NCBI RefSeq assembly: GCF_008000775.2
Contig: NZ_CP042905.2
Coordinates: 870,001 to 902,000 of the forward strand
Length of the DNA: 32,000 nucleotides
Source of the DNA: Promethearchaeum syntrophicum
GTDB taxonomy: Archaea; Asgardarchaeota; Lokiarchaeia; Sigyniarchaeales; Promethearchaeaceae
Direction of reading: 5' to 3'
How positions within the stretch are numbered: position 1 is the first letter of the stretch; every line of letters starts with the position of its first letter. A program made the position numbers and the translations under genes. The notes beneath the pieces were generated by a model. That model ran no database searches and was not told where the DNA came from. It saw nothing but the letters and a program-made list of their open reading frames with translations. Shown here one piece after another: positions 16,935-26,011 of this stretch.

Positions 16935-18419
16935 ATGCCTCGCGGCGGCGGATTTGGTGGTGGAGGATTTCGTGGTGGTAGCTTCGGAGGAGGATTTCGC
17001 GGTAGTAGGAGCAGTTTTAGTAGCAGTTTTAGACCTAGCCAAAACCGTACTAGACTGCCATTCGGTCGAACGGGGGGGCATAGATCAGTAGCAGGCGGTA
17101 GGGCTGGTCCATATTCCCATCATTATCATCATCGTAGTCGACACTACTATAGAAGACCATGGTATAGACGTTGGTGGTATTCTCCGTGGTGGGGGTACTA
17201 TTATCGACCATGGTATTACTCTCCCGTATATGTAGGAGGGGGAATTGTGTTTGCGATTATTCTTCTATTGATATTTTTACCGTTAATGGGGGTTGTATTC
17301 GCTTTTCCAGGAAGTAGCTATGACGCGAGCGGGACCGTGAATTATCGATCGACAGAGACTCTATATTTCAATGAGTACTGGTATGAATATGAAAAAATTG
17401 ATTCTGGATCATCAATGACATTCACGATTCAGAGCTCATCGGAACCAGTTTCGTTTGCAATTGCTGATCATCCTTTTGATGATTTTCCTTTGACTACTAA
17501 AACAAGTAGCGGAAACTTTTCAATCGATCTCCAACCCAATTATTATGAATACTATTCAATATTCTTACGAAGTGGGTCCAACGTTCAATTTGATTTCAAT
17601 GCCAGCGCGGAAATTGATTTCTTCATAGTAAATATTCAAGAGTTTAATGATTGGTATTACGAAGACCCAACAAGCTTCTATTATGAGAATGCGAATATTT
17701 CAGCGGATGTAGGGACATATTATGTTGGGACTACTGAGGATGTATATTTGGTCTGGTATAATAATTATAATTCTTCCAATGTAGCGGTTGATATATTGTT
17801 ATCATACGAAGCAGTGAATGTGCCCGATTTTAGTGGAGCATTATATTCTGAAGAAGAGGTGTATTCTATCGCAGAAACTAACGTAGATATACCTTCAGAC
17901 GGGACTTGGTATTTCTTTGTCTATTTCGATCCAATGTATAGTTCTGCTTACGAAACAGAAATAACTTTTGATGTTACATATGAAACAGACAATACCTCTA
18001 TTGACGAGTGGATTAATATAAGACCAACTCTGATCTTTTTTGGAGTAGTAATTGGATTAGTAATTATTTTTGCAGTAGCCGCTCGGAGAACGCAAAAACA
18101 GAAGAAATTTAAAGCAGGGGCTCAACCTGCTACAGCTCAGACTACAACTACAACCACAGCAGCTAAACCCCCTACCTATGGAAAACCATCTCAAATGACT
18201 CTAAGTTCCAAATCTGGCTCTACATGTATGAGATGTGGGGCAGCTATGAATCCTGGAGACCAATTTTGCACAAGTTGTGGGGGAAAAGTCTCAGGTCGAA
18301 GTACAAGTTCAACAACAAGAAGAACTCCACTAAATTCAAAAGTATGCAGCTATTGCGGTAGTAAATTAGAACCAATTGACAATTTCTGTCAATACTGTGG
18401 GACAAAAGTCGGAAAGTAA
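16935..18419 (+). CDS. Membrane protein: Gly/Arg-rich N-terminus, aromatic/basic juxtamembrane region, predicted extracytoplasmic beta-rich domain, TM, two C-terminal zinc ribbons
   Basis: MPRGGGFGGGGFRGGSFGGGFRG...; two hydrophobic segments; CMRCGAAMNPGDQFCTSCGGKV and CSYCGSKLEPIDNFCQYCGTKV. Starts 1 nt after the CBS gene stop. Confidence 0.8.
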   Translation: MPRGGGFGGGGFRGGSFGGGFRGSRSSFSSSFRPSQNRTRLPFGRTGGHRSVAGGRAGPYSHHYHHRSRHYYRRPWYRRWWYSPWWGYYYRPWYYSPVYVGGGIVFAIILLLIFLPLMGVVFAFPGSSYDASGTVNYRSTETLYFNEYWYEYEKIDSGSSMTFTIQSSSEPVSFAIADHPFDDFPLTTKTSSGNFSIDLQPNYYEYYSIFLRSGSNVQFDFNASAEIDFFIVNIQEFNDWYYEDPTSFYYENANISADVGTYYVGTTEDVYLVWYNNYNSSNVAVDILLSYEAVNVPDFSGALYSEEEVYSIAETNVDIPSDGTWYFFVYFDPMYSSAYETEITFDVTYETDNTSIDEWINIRPTLIFFGVVIGLVIIFAVAARRTQKQKKFKAGAQPATAQTTTTTTAAKPPTYGKPSQMTLSSKSGSTCMRCGAAMNPGDQFCTSCGGKVSGRSTSSTTRRTPLNSKVCSYCGSKLEPIDNFCQYCGTKVGK

Positions 18420-18509
18420 TTTTAACTTCCTTTTTTTTTTTATTTTTATTTTTTATTTATCTCTTCTGCTTCAGAAATTTTATAAGTATGTACTATCCAA
18501 AATTGTTAT

Positions 18510-19475
18510 ATGGCGGAATTAGAACTCTCTGGAGGAATAGTGTTTATTTTATTTCTTTTCGGAAGTGTATTTTTCCTTGTTGAATTGTATCATGAGAAAA
18601 TTCATCTAAATGACTCAATTATTGCCGGAATCTCTATTTCGTACTTCTTTTTAATTGTTCTCCCTGAAATTTCTGAAAATTTACCCGAATTTCCACTTCA
18701 ATTAACCGCTTTTGAATATTTCTTTGTGTTATTGGGATTTGCCTTCAATCACTTAAGTGAAAAATTTATCTTACAGCGAGTTGAATCCAATACCCAACAT
18801 AGTGCTCGAGATTTGGTACATATGGAGAGTAATTTAGAACTTGTTGAAAAAAGTCTTGAAATTATGATTTCCGATGAATTGCACTTGGATCATCATGATG
18901 AAGATGCTCTTCGTGAACTCACAGGAACCTTAATCAGTCTTCAAAATCAGGAAAAACAATTTTTATCAGAAATTGAGCAGAAAAAAGCTACTATTCATGA
19001 TCATATTTTGGAACATCTCAATCTATTGCGTCGGATTACGTCCTTTGTTTATCATTTCCTAATTGGAATCATCATAGTTGGGCTGATTCAAGTAGAAATC
19101 GTAGCAGTCCTTCTCTTCTTTTTCTTTGCATTGTTTAATACATTGATTTCTAGCCGCTATAAACGCCGGGTTGTTTTTTCAGATTTAGATATTACTGTTG
19201 AATTTGAAGATGAAGGCTTTAAAAAGATTTTGTTATCATTAGCGAGTCTGTTGGGTATCATTGCAGGTCTGATTCTTAACTTAATCTTTTCTTTAAATCT
19301 TGAAATACTTTATCTTATGTTTTCTTTCATATCTGGGGTAATTTTGTATACCATCGTCCGATATGTTATTCCAGAAAAAGAAAAGGGACGACCTTGGCTC
19401 TTTTTATTAAGTTTAATCGGGTTCAGTATCTTCGTATTATTGTTAAAGGTAATCCTCCATCTTGAATTATGGTAA
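18510..19475 (+). CDS. Polytopic membrane protein, possibly ZIP-like, with central coiled-coil/His-Asp-rich cytosolic stretch
   Basis: About 8 hydrophobic segments; LPEISENLPEF and LHLDHHDEDALREL stretches; family uncertain. Confidence 0.55.
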   Translation: MAELELSGGIVFILFLFGSVFFLVELYHEKIHLNDSIIAGISISYFFLIVLPEISENLPEFPLQLTAFEYFFVLLGFAFNHLSEKFILQRVESNTQHSARDLVHMESNLELVEKSLEIMISDELHLDHHDEDALRELTGTLISLQNQEKQFLSEIEQKKATIHDHILEHLNLLRRITSFVYHFLIGIIIVGLIQVEIVAVLLFFFFALFNTLISSRYKRRVVFSDLDITVEFEDEGFKKILLSLASLLGIIAGLILNLIFSLNLEILYLMFSFISGVILYTIVRYVIPEKEKGRPWLFLLSLIGFSIFVLLLKVILHLELW

Positions 19476-19490
19476 GAAAAAGTGAAAAGA

Positions 19491-20165
19491 TTATTTCTTA
19501 TATATGTCATCTGACTCCCGCTTATTTACCAGCGGATGAATACTTCTGATTGGGATAGAAGAAATATATAAAATTTGATTCGGACCTTCATCTATTTCCT
19601 TAATAACCCTAAATTTTTTAACTTTTTCTTGAAATTCATTAACCATCTCTAAATATTCTTTGGTATCCTCTTTATTCTTTAATGATATTGACAATAATGA
19701 AAAAATCATTGCATCTCCATAGTTACCTTCATTTTTCTTACTCAACTCAACAAGTCGTTGTGCATCTTCCAAATAGACATTACTGGCAAATTTTGTAATA
19801 TTATGGTTAAAACTGGATAGTGATTTAAGAATAAGAGACATTTTATGATACAAATTTACAGTATACTCCTTATCTGGTATGGCATTAATAAATTTATTCG
19901 ATTTGGAAAATATATCAGATCCATATGAGGAAATCTTGTAAAATTTTCCCCATGATTGGGTGCTTTCTTTTTGATCTATTATAATTAAATTTAATTGAGT
20001 AAGAATTTTTAGCTGGCGCAATATTGCGGGTTCTGATTTTCCCAAACATTTTGCAATATGCTTTAAATTTAATGAGCCAAACATTTTAAGGGCAAAGAGA
20101 ATTCCAAATTTGGTTTCATCACCTAAAAGTTCAAAATACTTAACTAATTCAGGTTCTAGGTCCAT
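19491..20165 (-). CDS. ArsR-like winged-helix transcriptional regulator
   Basis: YFELLGDETKFGILFALKMFGSLNLKHIAKCLGKSEPAILRQLKILTQLNLIIIDQKESTQSWGKFYKIS. Confidence 0.85.
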   Translation of the reverse strand: MDLEPELVKYFELLGDETKFGILFALKMFGSLNLKHIAKCLGKSEPAILRQLKILTQLNLIIIDQKESTQSWGKFYKISSYGSDIFSKSNKFINAIPDKEYTVNLYHKMSLILKSLSSFNHNITKFASNVYLEDAQRLVELSKKNEGNYGDAMIFSLLSISLKNKEDTKEYLEMVNEFQEKVKKFRVIKEIDEGPNQILYISSIPIRSIHPLVNKRESDDIYKK

Positions 20166-20217
20166 TAATTAATTTTAATCATTTTGGCTTTAAAAATTTA
20201 TTTCATTTCCTAATTTA

Positions 20218-20311
20218 TTTCAAATTGAAAGAAATATTTAAATATCTAAAGTTATTCTTATCTTTTGAAATTAATTTCAACTTGAAATATTTTGTTGAAA
20301 TTGATTTGAAA
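20218..20311. promoter_or_regulatory. Cluster of TTGAAA/TTTCAA half-sites in the divergent ArsR-like/MFS promoter region, including perfect palindrome TTGAAATTAATTTCAA (20265..20280)
   Basis: Half-sites at 20218-20223, 20225-20230, 20265-20270, 20275-20280, 20282-20287, 20295-20300, 20306-20311. Confidence 0.5.
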
Positions 20312-20341
20312 ATTGATTAATACTACTGGTGAAACTTACTT

Positions 20342-21652
20342 ATGTCAACAGAATTAGATAATACTAATGAAAAATCAAAATTATCAGAATTAGAAACCCA
20401 AAACTACAGACAATTTAAACGTTTATGGTTTGGGCAGATTATTTCAATTTTAGGTTCGGAGATTGTTCAATTCGCGTTAATCTGGTGGATTACAATAGAA
20501 ACAGAAAGTGCATTCTTATTGTCTTTATCCATGTTTTTAGCTTTCATTCCAGCCATAATCATTGGTCCCTTTGCTGGAGTTTTAGTGGACAAATGGGATA
20601 AAAAGAAATTGGTTGTGATCACCGATTTATTACAAGCCCTTACAACTGTTATGTTGATACTATCATTCTATCTCGGATTTGGGAGTATTTGGTATATTAT
20701 TGGTCTCAATTTCTTACGGGCGGTCTTTCAGTCGTTTCATTCTCCTGCTTTAATGACCATTGTTTCTTTGATGGTACCCAAAGAAAAATTAACCCGTATA
20801 AACGGTATCAGTCAACTTTTCACCGCTCTCTCCCAGATGCTTGGGCCTATATTTGGAGCCTTGCTTATGTCAGTTATTCCAAGAATTGAAAACATCCTAT
20901 GGGTGGATGTAATTACATTTCTATTTGCAATAATCTTGTTAATAAAGGTTAAAATTCCGAAAATTGAACCTGAAGTAAAGGATTTGCAATCAGAGCAGGC
21001 ATTTAAAGCTAAATTCAAGGAAGGTTTCCAAATTATTCGAAATGTGAAAGGTTTAACAACAATATTATTCCTTGCTATGCTAGCAAACTTCTTATTAATG
21101 CCAATAAATACACAATTTTCTCTATTCATTTATCGAGATCACAGTGGTACTGAAATGGATATGGCATTCGTTTCTGCAGGGATGCAATTCGCTATAGTTG
21201 CAGGAGCAATTGCATCATCTGCAAAAAAAGAGTGGAAGAATAAAGTGAATATTTTTTTGCTCGGAATATTGTTTACTTTTATCGGTATTGCGATTATTGC
21301 TTTAACTCCCTACCAGCAATTCTGGGTGATGTTCGTTGGAAGTCTTATTGGATTTTTTGGTGTTCCGCTTCTACAAACAATGCTAAGGACGATTATCCAA
21401 GTTACAATTCCGCCTGAAGCCATGGGGCGAGTTGGATCTATTCTCCGTTTTATGACTTCAGTAGCAATGCCTTTAGGCATTATTCTTTCGGGTCCTATTG
21501 CTGATTTAATCGGCATTCAATACCTTTTTCTATCAGCTGCAATTCTAGGAATAATCGTGGTGGGATTGACGTATGCTTTTTCACCGATTCGGCATATGAA
21601 TGATTCGGAATTTGGTAAAAATATTACAGTTGTAGAGCCAATTGAAGCATAA
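20342..21652 (+). CDS. MFS exporter (drug/macrolide efflux-like)
   Basis: QFKRLWFGQIISILGSEIVQFALIWWITIETESAFLLSLSMFLAFIPAIIIGPFAGVLVDKWDKKKLVVITDLLQAL; MGRVGSILRFMTSVAMPLGIILSGPIADLIG. Confidence 0.93.
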   Translation: MSTELDNTNEKSKLSELETQNYRQFKRLWFGQIISILGSEIVQFALIWWITIETESAFLLSLSMFLAFIPAIIIGPFAGVLVDKWDKKKLVVITDLLQALTTVMLILSFYLGFGSIWYIIGLNFLRAVFQSFHSPALMTIVSLMVPKEKLTRINGISQLFTALSQMLGPIFGALLMSVIPRIENILWVDVITFLFAIILLIKVKIPKIEPEVKDLQSEQAFKAKFKEGFQIIRNVKGLTTILFLAMLANFLLMPINTQFSLFIYRDHSGTEMDMAFVSAGMQFAIVAGAIASSAKKEWKNKVNIFLLGILFTFIGIAIIALTPYQQFWVMFVGSLIGFFGVPLLQTMLRTIIQVTIPPEAMGRVGSILRFMTSVAMPLGIILSGPIADLIGIQYLFLSAAILGIIVVGLTYAFSPIRHMNDSEFGKNITVVEPIEA

Positions 21653-21735
21653 ACTTGATGAAATATGAAAATTTATGTAAATTGAAAAATTTGTATGGGG
21701 TCTTTTTTTTTCTGATATTTTTTTCTTTCATAGTT

Positions 21736-21978
21736 ATGAGTCCAATTCCTAAACCACTAAATAAGCGCGATTTGAAAGATCTATTGGATAAATTGTTCTT
21801 TTTCTATCCTACGGCGGATTATCCTCAGTTGAAAGTGCTAACTCATAATATCTTGAAACTGATTACCAAATATTTCAATTTTGGTGAGAAAGAAATTGAC
21901 GAGTTTGCATTCAAGATGTTGTCCGATTATGTGAATTTCCAAGCGGGGCAACCTCCCTACGAAGGTCCGCATGCTTAG
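21736..21978 (+). CDS. Small conserved-looking hypothetical protein (internal start MSPIPKPLNKRDLKDLLDKLF...); ORF track gives 21655..21978
   Basis: ORF right after the MFS gene; the upstream extension looks like spurious hydrophobic 5' sequence. Confidence 0.45.
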   Translation: MSPIPKPLNKRDLKDLLDKLFFFYPTADYPQLKVLTHNILKLITKYFNFGEKEIDEFAFKMLSDYVNFQAGQPPYEGPHA

Positions 21979-22082
21979 CAAAACAGAACTAAGACTGTAA
22001 TTCTACGTTTATCAGCTAAATTCTTATCCAATAATTAATAAGGGCAACAATAATAGTATATTTCACTGATACATATTTTAAG

Positions 22083-23108
22083 GTGAAAATTTTGAATAAA
22101 GAAAAAGTTTTAATTACTGGAGCATCAAGTGGAATTGGATTAACTTGTGCGATTTATTTAACCTATAAAGGGTATAAAGTAATAGGAACTTCGCGACATC
22201 CTGAAAAATTAAATAATGACCTGTTGAAAAACCGCTATTTGGAAATGCTTACTAAATATACTATAACCCATCTAAAATCTTCCCAAGAAACTCTCGTTAA
22301 GGGGAAAATCCAGATCCCTGATGAAATTTTTGAGAATTTAGACAATTTAATTGAGAAAATTGAGTTTAAACCTTTGGATGTTACTAACTCTAATTCAGTT
22401 TCAGAAATAATACCGTTGCTTATGGCTGAGGGAGTGAGAATCATAGTAAATAATGCTGGTTCTGGATTTTTTGGTCCCATTGAAACCCTCTCAATTGATC
22501 ATTCAAAAGAACAATTAGATCTGAATTATTTTGGACAAATACGGGTTATTCAAAATGCTCTACCCTATATGCGGAATGATGGGGGAATAATTGTAAATAT
22601 GGCTTCTTTAGGAGGATATATCCCCTTGCCATTCCATTCTCATTATTCTTCATCAAAATCTGCCCTTAGAATGTTAACAGAAACTCTTAGGCTTGAACTT
22701 CAACCTTTTAATATCAAAGTCGTTTCGCTAAATCCGGGGGTTATCAATACACCATTTAATGTGAATATGCACACTCCAAAAGCAGGAAGTGGACCAGATT
22801 CTTACGATTATCAAGAAGAGAATAGTATCACAACATTAAAAAAATTATTAAATGCACTTCCAACACCCAAAGAATCTCCGTATTATTCCGCTGCAAAACA
22901 AACTTGGGAAACAGTAGTTAGAAATATGATACGCGGACCATCACCTCAAATTGTTGCTGAGAAATTATATAAAATTATTACATCAAAGAATCCTAAAGTA
23001 CATTATATTTCATCAAATTTTATCCAAAGGTTTGGGTATTTCTTGATGCGGCGGATTACTTCTGATAAGTTGAAGATATTCATCACACGAAAATTTTACG
23101 GGATATAA
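22083..23108 (+). CDS. Short-chain dehydrogenase/reductase
   Basis: KVLITGASSGIGLTCAIYLTYKGYKVIGTSR (TGxxxGIG), VNNAG, YSSSKSALRMLTETLRLELQPFNIKVVSLNPG (YxxxK). Confidence 0.95.
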   Translation: MKILNKEKVLITGASSGIGLTCAIYLTYKGYKVIGTSRHPEKLNNDLLKNRYLEMLTKYTITHLKSSQETLVKGKIQIPDEIFENLDNLIEKIEFKPLDVTNSNSVSEIIPLLMAEGVRIIVNNAGSGFFGPIETLSIDHSKEQLDLNYFGQIRVIQNALPYMRNDGGIIVNMASLGGYIPLPFHSHYSSSKSALRMLTETLRLELQPFNIKVVSLNPGVINTPFNVNMHTPKAGSGPDSYDYQEENSITTLKKLLNALPTPKESPYYSAAKQTWETVVRNMIRGPSPQIVAEKLYKIITSKNPKVHYISSNFIQRFGYFLMRRITSDKLKIFITRKFYGI

Positions 23109-23133
23109 AAAGATAAATTCTTTATTTCTGATT

Positions 23134-24192
23134 TTATTCTTTTGTTAAGCTTTTATATCTTTTAGCATAATCCCCTTTTAATTTTATATCATATCTCAGC
23201 AAAGTGGATAATATAATATCATTAATTAATTCATTATATGAAATTCCCAAATGTTCAGCAGCAATATTCATTTTTCCATCTGGAAAAATACTAGTTATTG
23301 GATTAATTTCATGAAGCAATAAATTATTGGTTTTTGCATCAAGAATAAATACAAACATTGCATAATCATGACAATTAAAGAAATTATAGGCTTTAATCGC
23401 AATTTTCCGTGCACGTTTTACTAATGGATCTGTCGTTTCTAAAAATTTTTTTTCATCCTCATTCGAGTTCGATTGAATTCTCGCTTGAAGATCTTCTTCA
23501 TTTGATGAGGGGATTGTTTCAATTGCTGATAAAAAATGTATATTCCCGTTTAATTCGTTTCCCAAAATAGGCAGGTAGATCTTTCGTCCTCTGACATATT
23601 CTTCTGCAAGTGCAACGTAGGTTTTAGATTTTTTAAGATGGGATTTTAAATTTTCTTTGAGTTCTTTAAAATTCATGATAATTTTATCAGAAATTGATTT
23701 GGTATGAATTCCTGCGTGATAAAATTTTAAAATCAAGGGAAAATTAAACTTATTCTTAATATTTGAGATATTTCCTTCCTGAATTTTAATCAATTCAAAA
23801 TTTGGGGTTGCAATATGATTTAATTGTAAAAGCGATTTGAAAAGAGGTTTATTTTTTAATATTGTAACTGAATCCATTTGGGAACCACAATAGGGGATTC
23901 TGGTTATATCCAATAATCCAATAAATTGCGCTGGTCTGTTTTGAGTAGATGCCTTATTAGTTGTATTTAAGACTAAATCAAATGAGCTTTTTTGTAATTG
24001 TGCGAGTAAATCTTGGTTTAGGGGAATAAATGAAATCTTATTATCATAATCTATTAAAGCTTCTTGAAGTTTAGCTAACGGTGGTTGAGAATCATCCTCT
24101 TGGATTTCTTCTGCGGAATCTTTTGGCTTAGCTTTTTCTTTACTTTCAATTTGACTAATTAATGATGGATCACTGAGAATTGCTATTTTCAT
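23134..24192 (-). CDS. ATP-grasp protein, D-alanine-D-alanine ligase-like
   Basis: IPYCGSQMDSVTILKNKPLFKSLLQLNHIATPNFELI...FPLILKFYHAGIHTKSI...VALAEEYVRGRKIYLPILG...LLLHEINPITS. Confidence 0.85.
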   Translation of the reverse strand: MKIAILSDPSLISQIESKEKAKPKDSAEEIQEDDSQPPLAKLQEALIDYDNKISFIPLNQDLLAQLQKSSFDLVLNTTNKASTQNRPAQFIGLLDITRIPYCGSQMDSVTILKNKPLFKSLLQLNHIATPNFELIKIQEGNISNIKNKFNFPLILKFYHAGIHTKSISDKIIMNFKELKENLKSHLKKSKTYVALAEEYVRGRKIYLPILGNELNGNIHFLSAIETIPSSNEEDLQARIQSNSNEDEKKFLETTDPLVKRARKIAIKAYNFFNCHDYAMFVFILDAKTNNLLLHEINPITSIFPDGKMNIAAEHLGISYNELINDIILSTLLRYDIKLKGDYAKRYKSLTKE

Positions 24193-24384
24193 TTTCTAAT
24201 ATCTAGAAGTCTTTAAAGATAAAATATTTTATTTAATTTCCAAAGCACTATCAAAGAACGAATGTATGCAATTAAAAAAAAGACGACAGAATAATTACCT
24301 AACAATATTAAAATTTTTATTAGAATCTTTACAAAGAATAGACAATATAAGATATTTTATGATAATATATTTGAGTAATATAAA

Positions 24385-24984
24385 ATGATTTCCTCTACAA
24401 ATGCGTCACCTGATGATTCCAAACCTACGAGAAAAATTCAGAAGAAAGTAATCGTGATTGGTGAAGGAGGAGTTGGAAAAACAACTCTTTTGCATCGATC
24501 TGTTAGCAATATCTTCGTAGATTCTACTAAAATGACAATCGGGACAGATTTCTTCATGAAAAAGATAGAAATCGAAGATGATAAAAATGTTAATCAAATT
24601 ATACTTCTACTTTGGGATTTTGCGGGGCAGGAGCGGTTTCGCTTTATTTTAAAAGACTACATTAAGGGTGCAAAGGGGGTCATTTTATGTTTCGATTTAA
24701 CTCGGGCATCCACCCTACAGAAATTATATGATTGGATCGAACTTTTAAAAGAGGGAAATGCATGGGGCAATCCAGATATTAGATTTTTCTTATCAGGTAA
24801 TAAAAAAGACCTGGTTGCGAGCACTGTAGCACCTGTAACTCCAGAAAATATTGAAGTTTTTAGGAAAGAATTCAATATTGATAAATACTTTGAAACAAGT
24901 GCGATGGATAGCACTGGCGTTGAAGACCTCTTCAATAAAGTAGCGAGCAGTATGGTCGAATTAGAGAATAAAAATAAAGATTGA
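24385..24984 (+). CDS. Ras/Rab-superfamily small GTPase
   Basis: G1 GEGGVGKTTL, G2 TIGTDF, G3 WDFAGQERF, G4 GNKKDL, G5 ETSAMD; no C-terminal Cys prenylation motif. Confidence 0.96.
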   Translation: MISSTNASPDDSKPTRKIQKKVIVIGEGGVGKTTLLHRSVSNIFVDSTKMTIGTDFFMKKIEIEDDKNVNQIILLLWDFAGQERFRFILKDYIKGAKGVILCFDLTRASTLQKLYDWIELLKEGNAWGNPDIRFFLSGNKKDLVASTVAPVTPENIEVFRKEFNIDKYFETSAMDSTGVEDLFNKVASSMVELENKNKD

Positions 24985-25116
24985 TCAATTGAATTTTTCT
25001 CCGATTTATTTTTTCTGTGAAAATCTTTTAGTTTTATTTTTTTATTATCATGACTTCAATTGATTATAGTGTTACAAAATAACAGAGACCTTTCACGCTA
25101 TTTAAAACCTTCTTAT

Positions 25117-25764
25117 ATGATTAATTGGAAAAATCCAATAATTTTAAGTGAATTAAGCAAAATTATCAAGGATATACCCGAGAATAATGATGTTCAAAAG
25201 GCAATTAAAATATTCTATTATGTTCGTGATACTTTTCGATATAAAGTAACTTTTGATTTCGCTACTCCTCATATTCTGAGAGCAACTACGACTTTTAAAC
25301 AAGGTTATGGGCATTGTGTTCGTAAGGCCATACTTTTAGCGGCTTTTGGGAGAGCGGCTGGAATTCCTACAAAACTACATTTTGTTGATTTGAAGAATCA
25401 TTTGCTAAGACCTGAGTGGATTGACAAATTCGGGGAGCAACTCCTATGGCATGGCTATGTTGAGTTTTTCCTTAATGATAAATGGGTGAAAGCAAATCCC
25501 GCTTATGATAAAGAACTATGTATTAGACACAATTATTATATTATTGAATTTAACGGTAAAGACGATGCTTTATTTACACCTTTGGATTTATCTGGGAACA
25601 AATTCATGGATTATGTCAAAGATCATGGGACTTTTGCCAAAGTTCCCTATATTCCTATGGTGTTTGATTGGTTCAAATATTATGCTCCATATATTTACAA
25701 ATTAAGAAAAAGAAAACGAAAGAAAAGAAAAAAGCAAAAAAGTCAAAATTCATCGAAAAAATAA
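25117..25764 (+). CDS. Transglutaminase-like cysteine protease-fold protein with Lys/Arg-rich tail (ORF track start 25060 uses TTG)
   Basis: FKQGYGHCVRKAILLAAFGRAAGIPTKLHFVDLKNHLL...LWHGYVEFFLNDKWVKANPAYD (Cys-His-Asp order); tail KLRKRKRKKRKKQKSQNSSKK. Confidence 0.85.
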   Translation: MINWKNPIILSELSKIIKDIPENNDVQKAIKIFYYVRDTFRYKVTFDFATPHILRATTTFKQGYGHCVRKAILLAAFGRAAGIPTKLHFVDLKNHLLRPEWIDKFGEQLLWHGYVEFFLNDKWVKANPAYDKELCIRHNYYIIEFNGKDDALFTPLDLSGNKFMDYVKDHGTFAKVPYIPMVFDWFKYYAPYIYKLRKRKRKKRKKQKSQNSSKK

Positions 25765-25776
25765 GAAGTGGATATC

Positions 25777-25974
25777 ATGGAATCAAAATGTATCTATTGC
25801 CAGGAAAAGTTCGATAATTTAACTAGTTCTCATTTTTTATGTTCAAAATGCAACTCTTATTATCATTTCATCTCTGAAACCGAATTTTACTTGGAATTTA
25901 ACGCATATCCTGAAAAAAAGTTAAAAAAATATCATCAAAACCGAAGGATTCGAGTCCAGAAAAAAAAATCATAG
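25777..25974 (+). CDS. Small zinc-finger-like protein (CxxC...CxxC)
   Basis: MESKCIYCQEKFDNLTSSHFLCSKCNSYYHF...; directly downstream of the transglutaminase-like gene. Track start at 25768 is GTG. Confidence 0.6.
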   Translation: MESKCIYCQEKFDNLTSSHFLCSKCNSYYHFISETEFYLEFNAYPEKKLKKYHQNRRIRVQKKKS

Positions 25975-26011
25975 ATATCAAATTATTATTTATTGCGTTA
26001 TTTAGTGATTT

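Noticed and set aside
20689-21516. Short ORFs inside the MFS exporter gene (20689, 20812, 21310)
   Set aside because: Alternative-frame or antisense noise in a clearly coding MFS gene.
24406-24935. Minus-strand ORFs opposite the GTPase
   Set aside because: Antisense to all G motifs of the small GTPase; no family resemblance.
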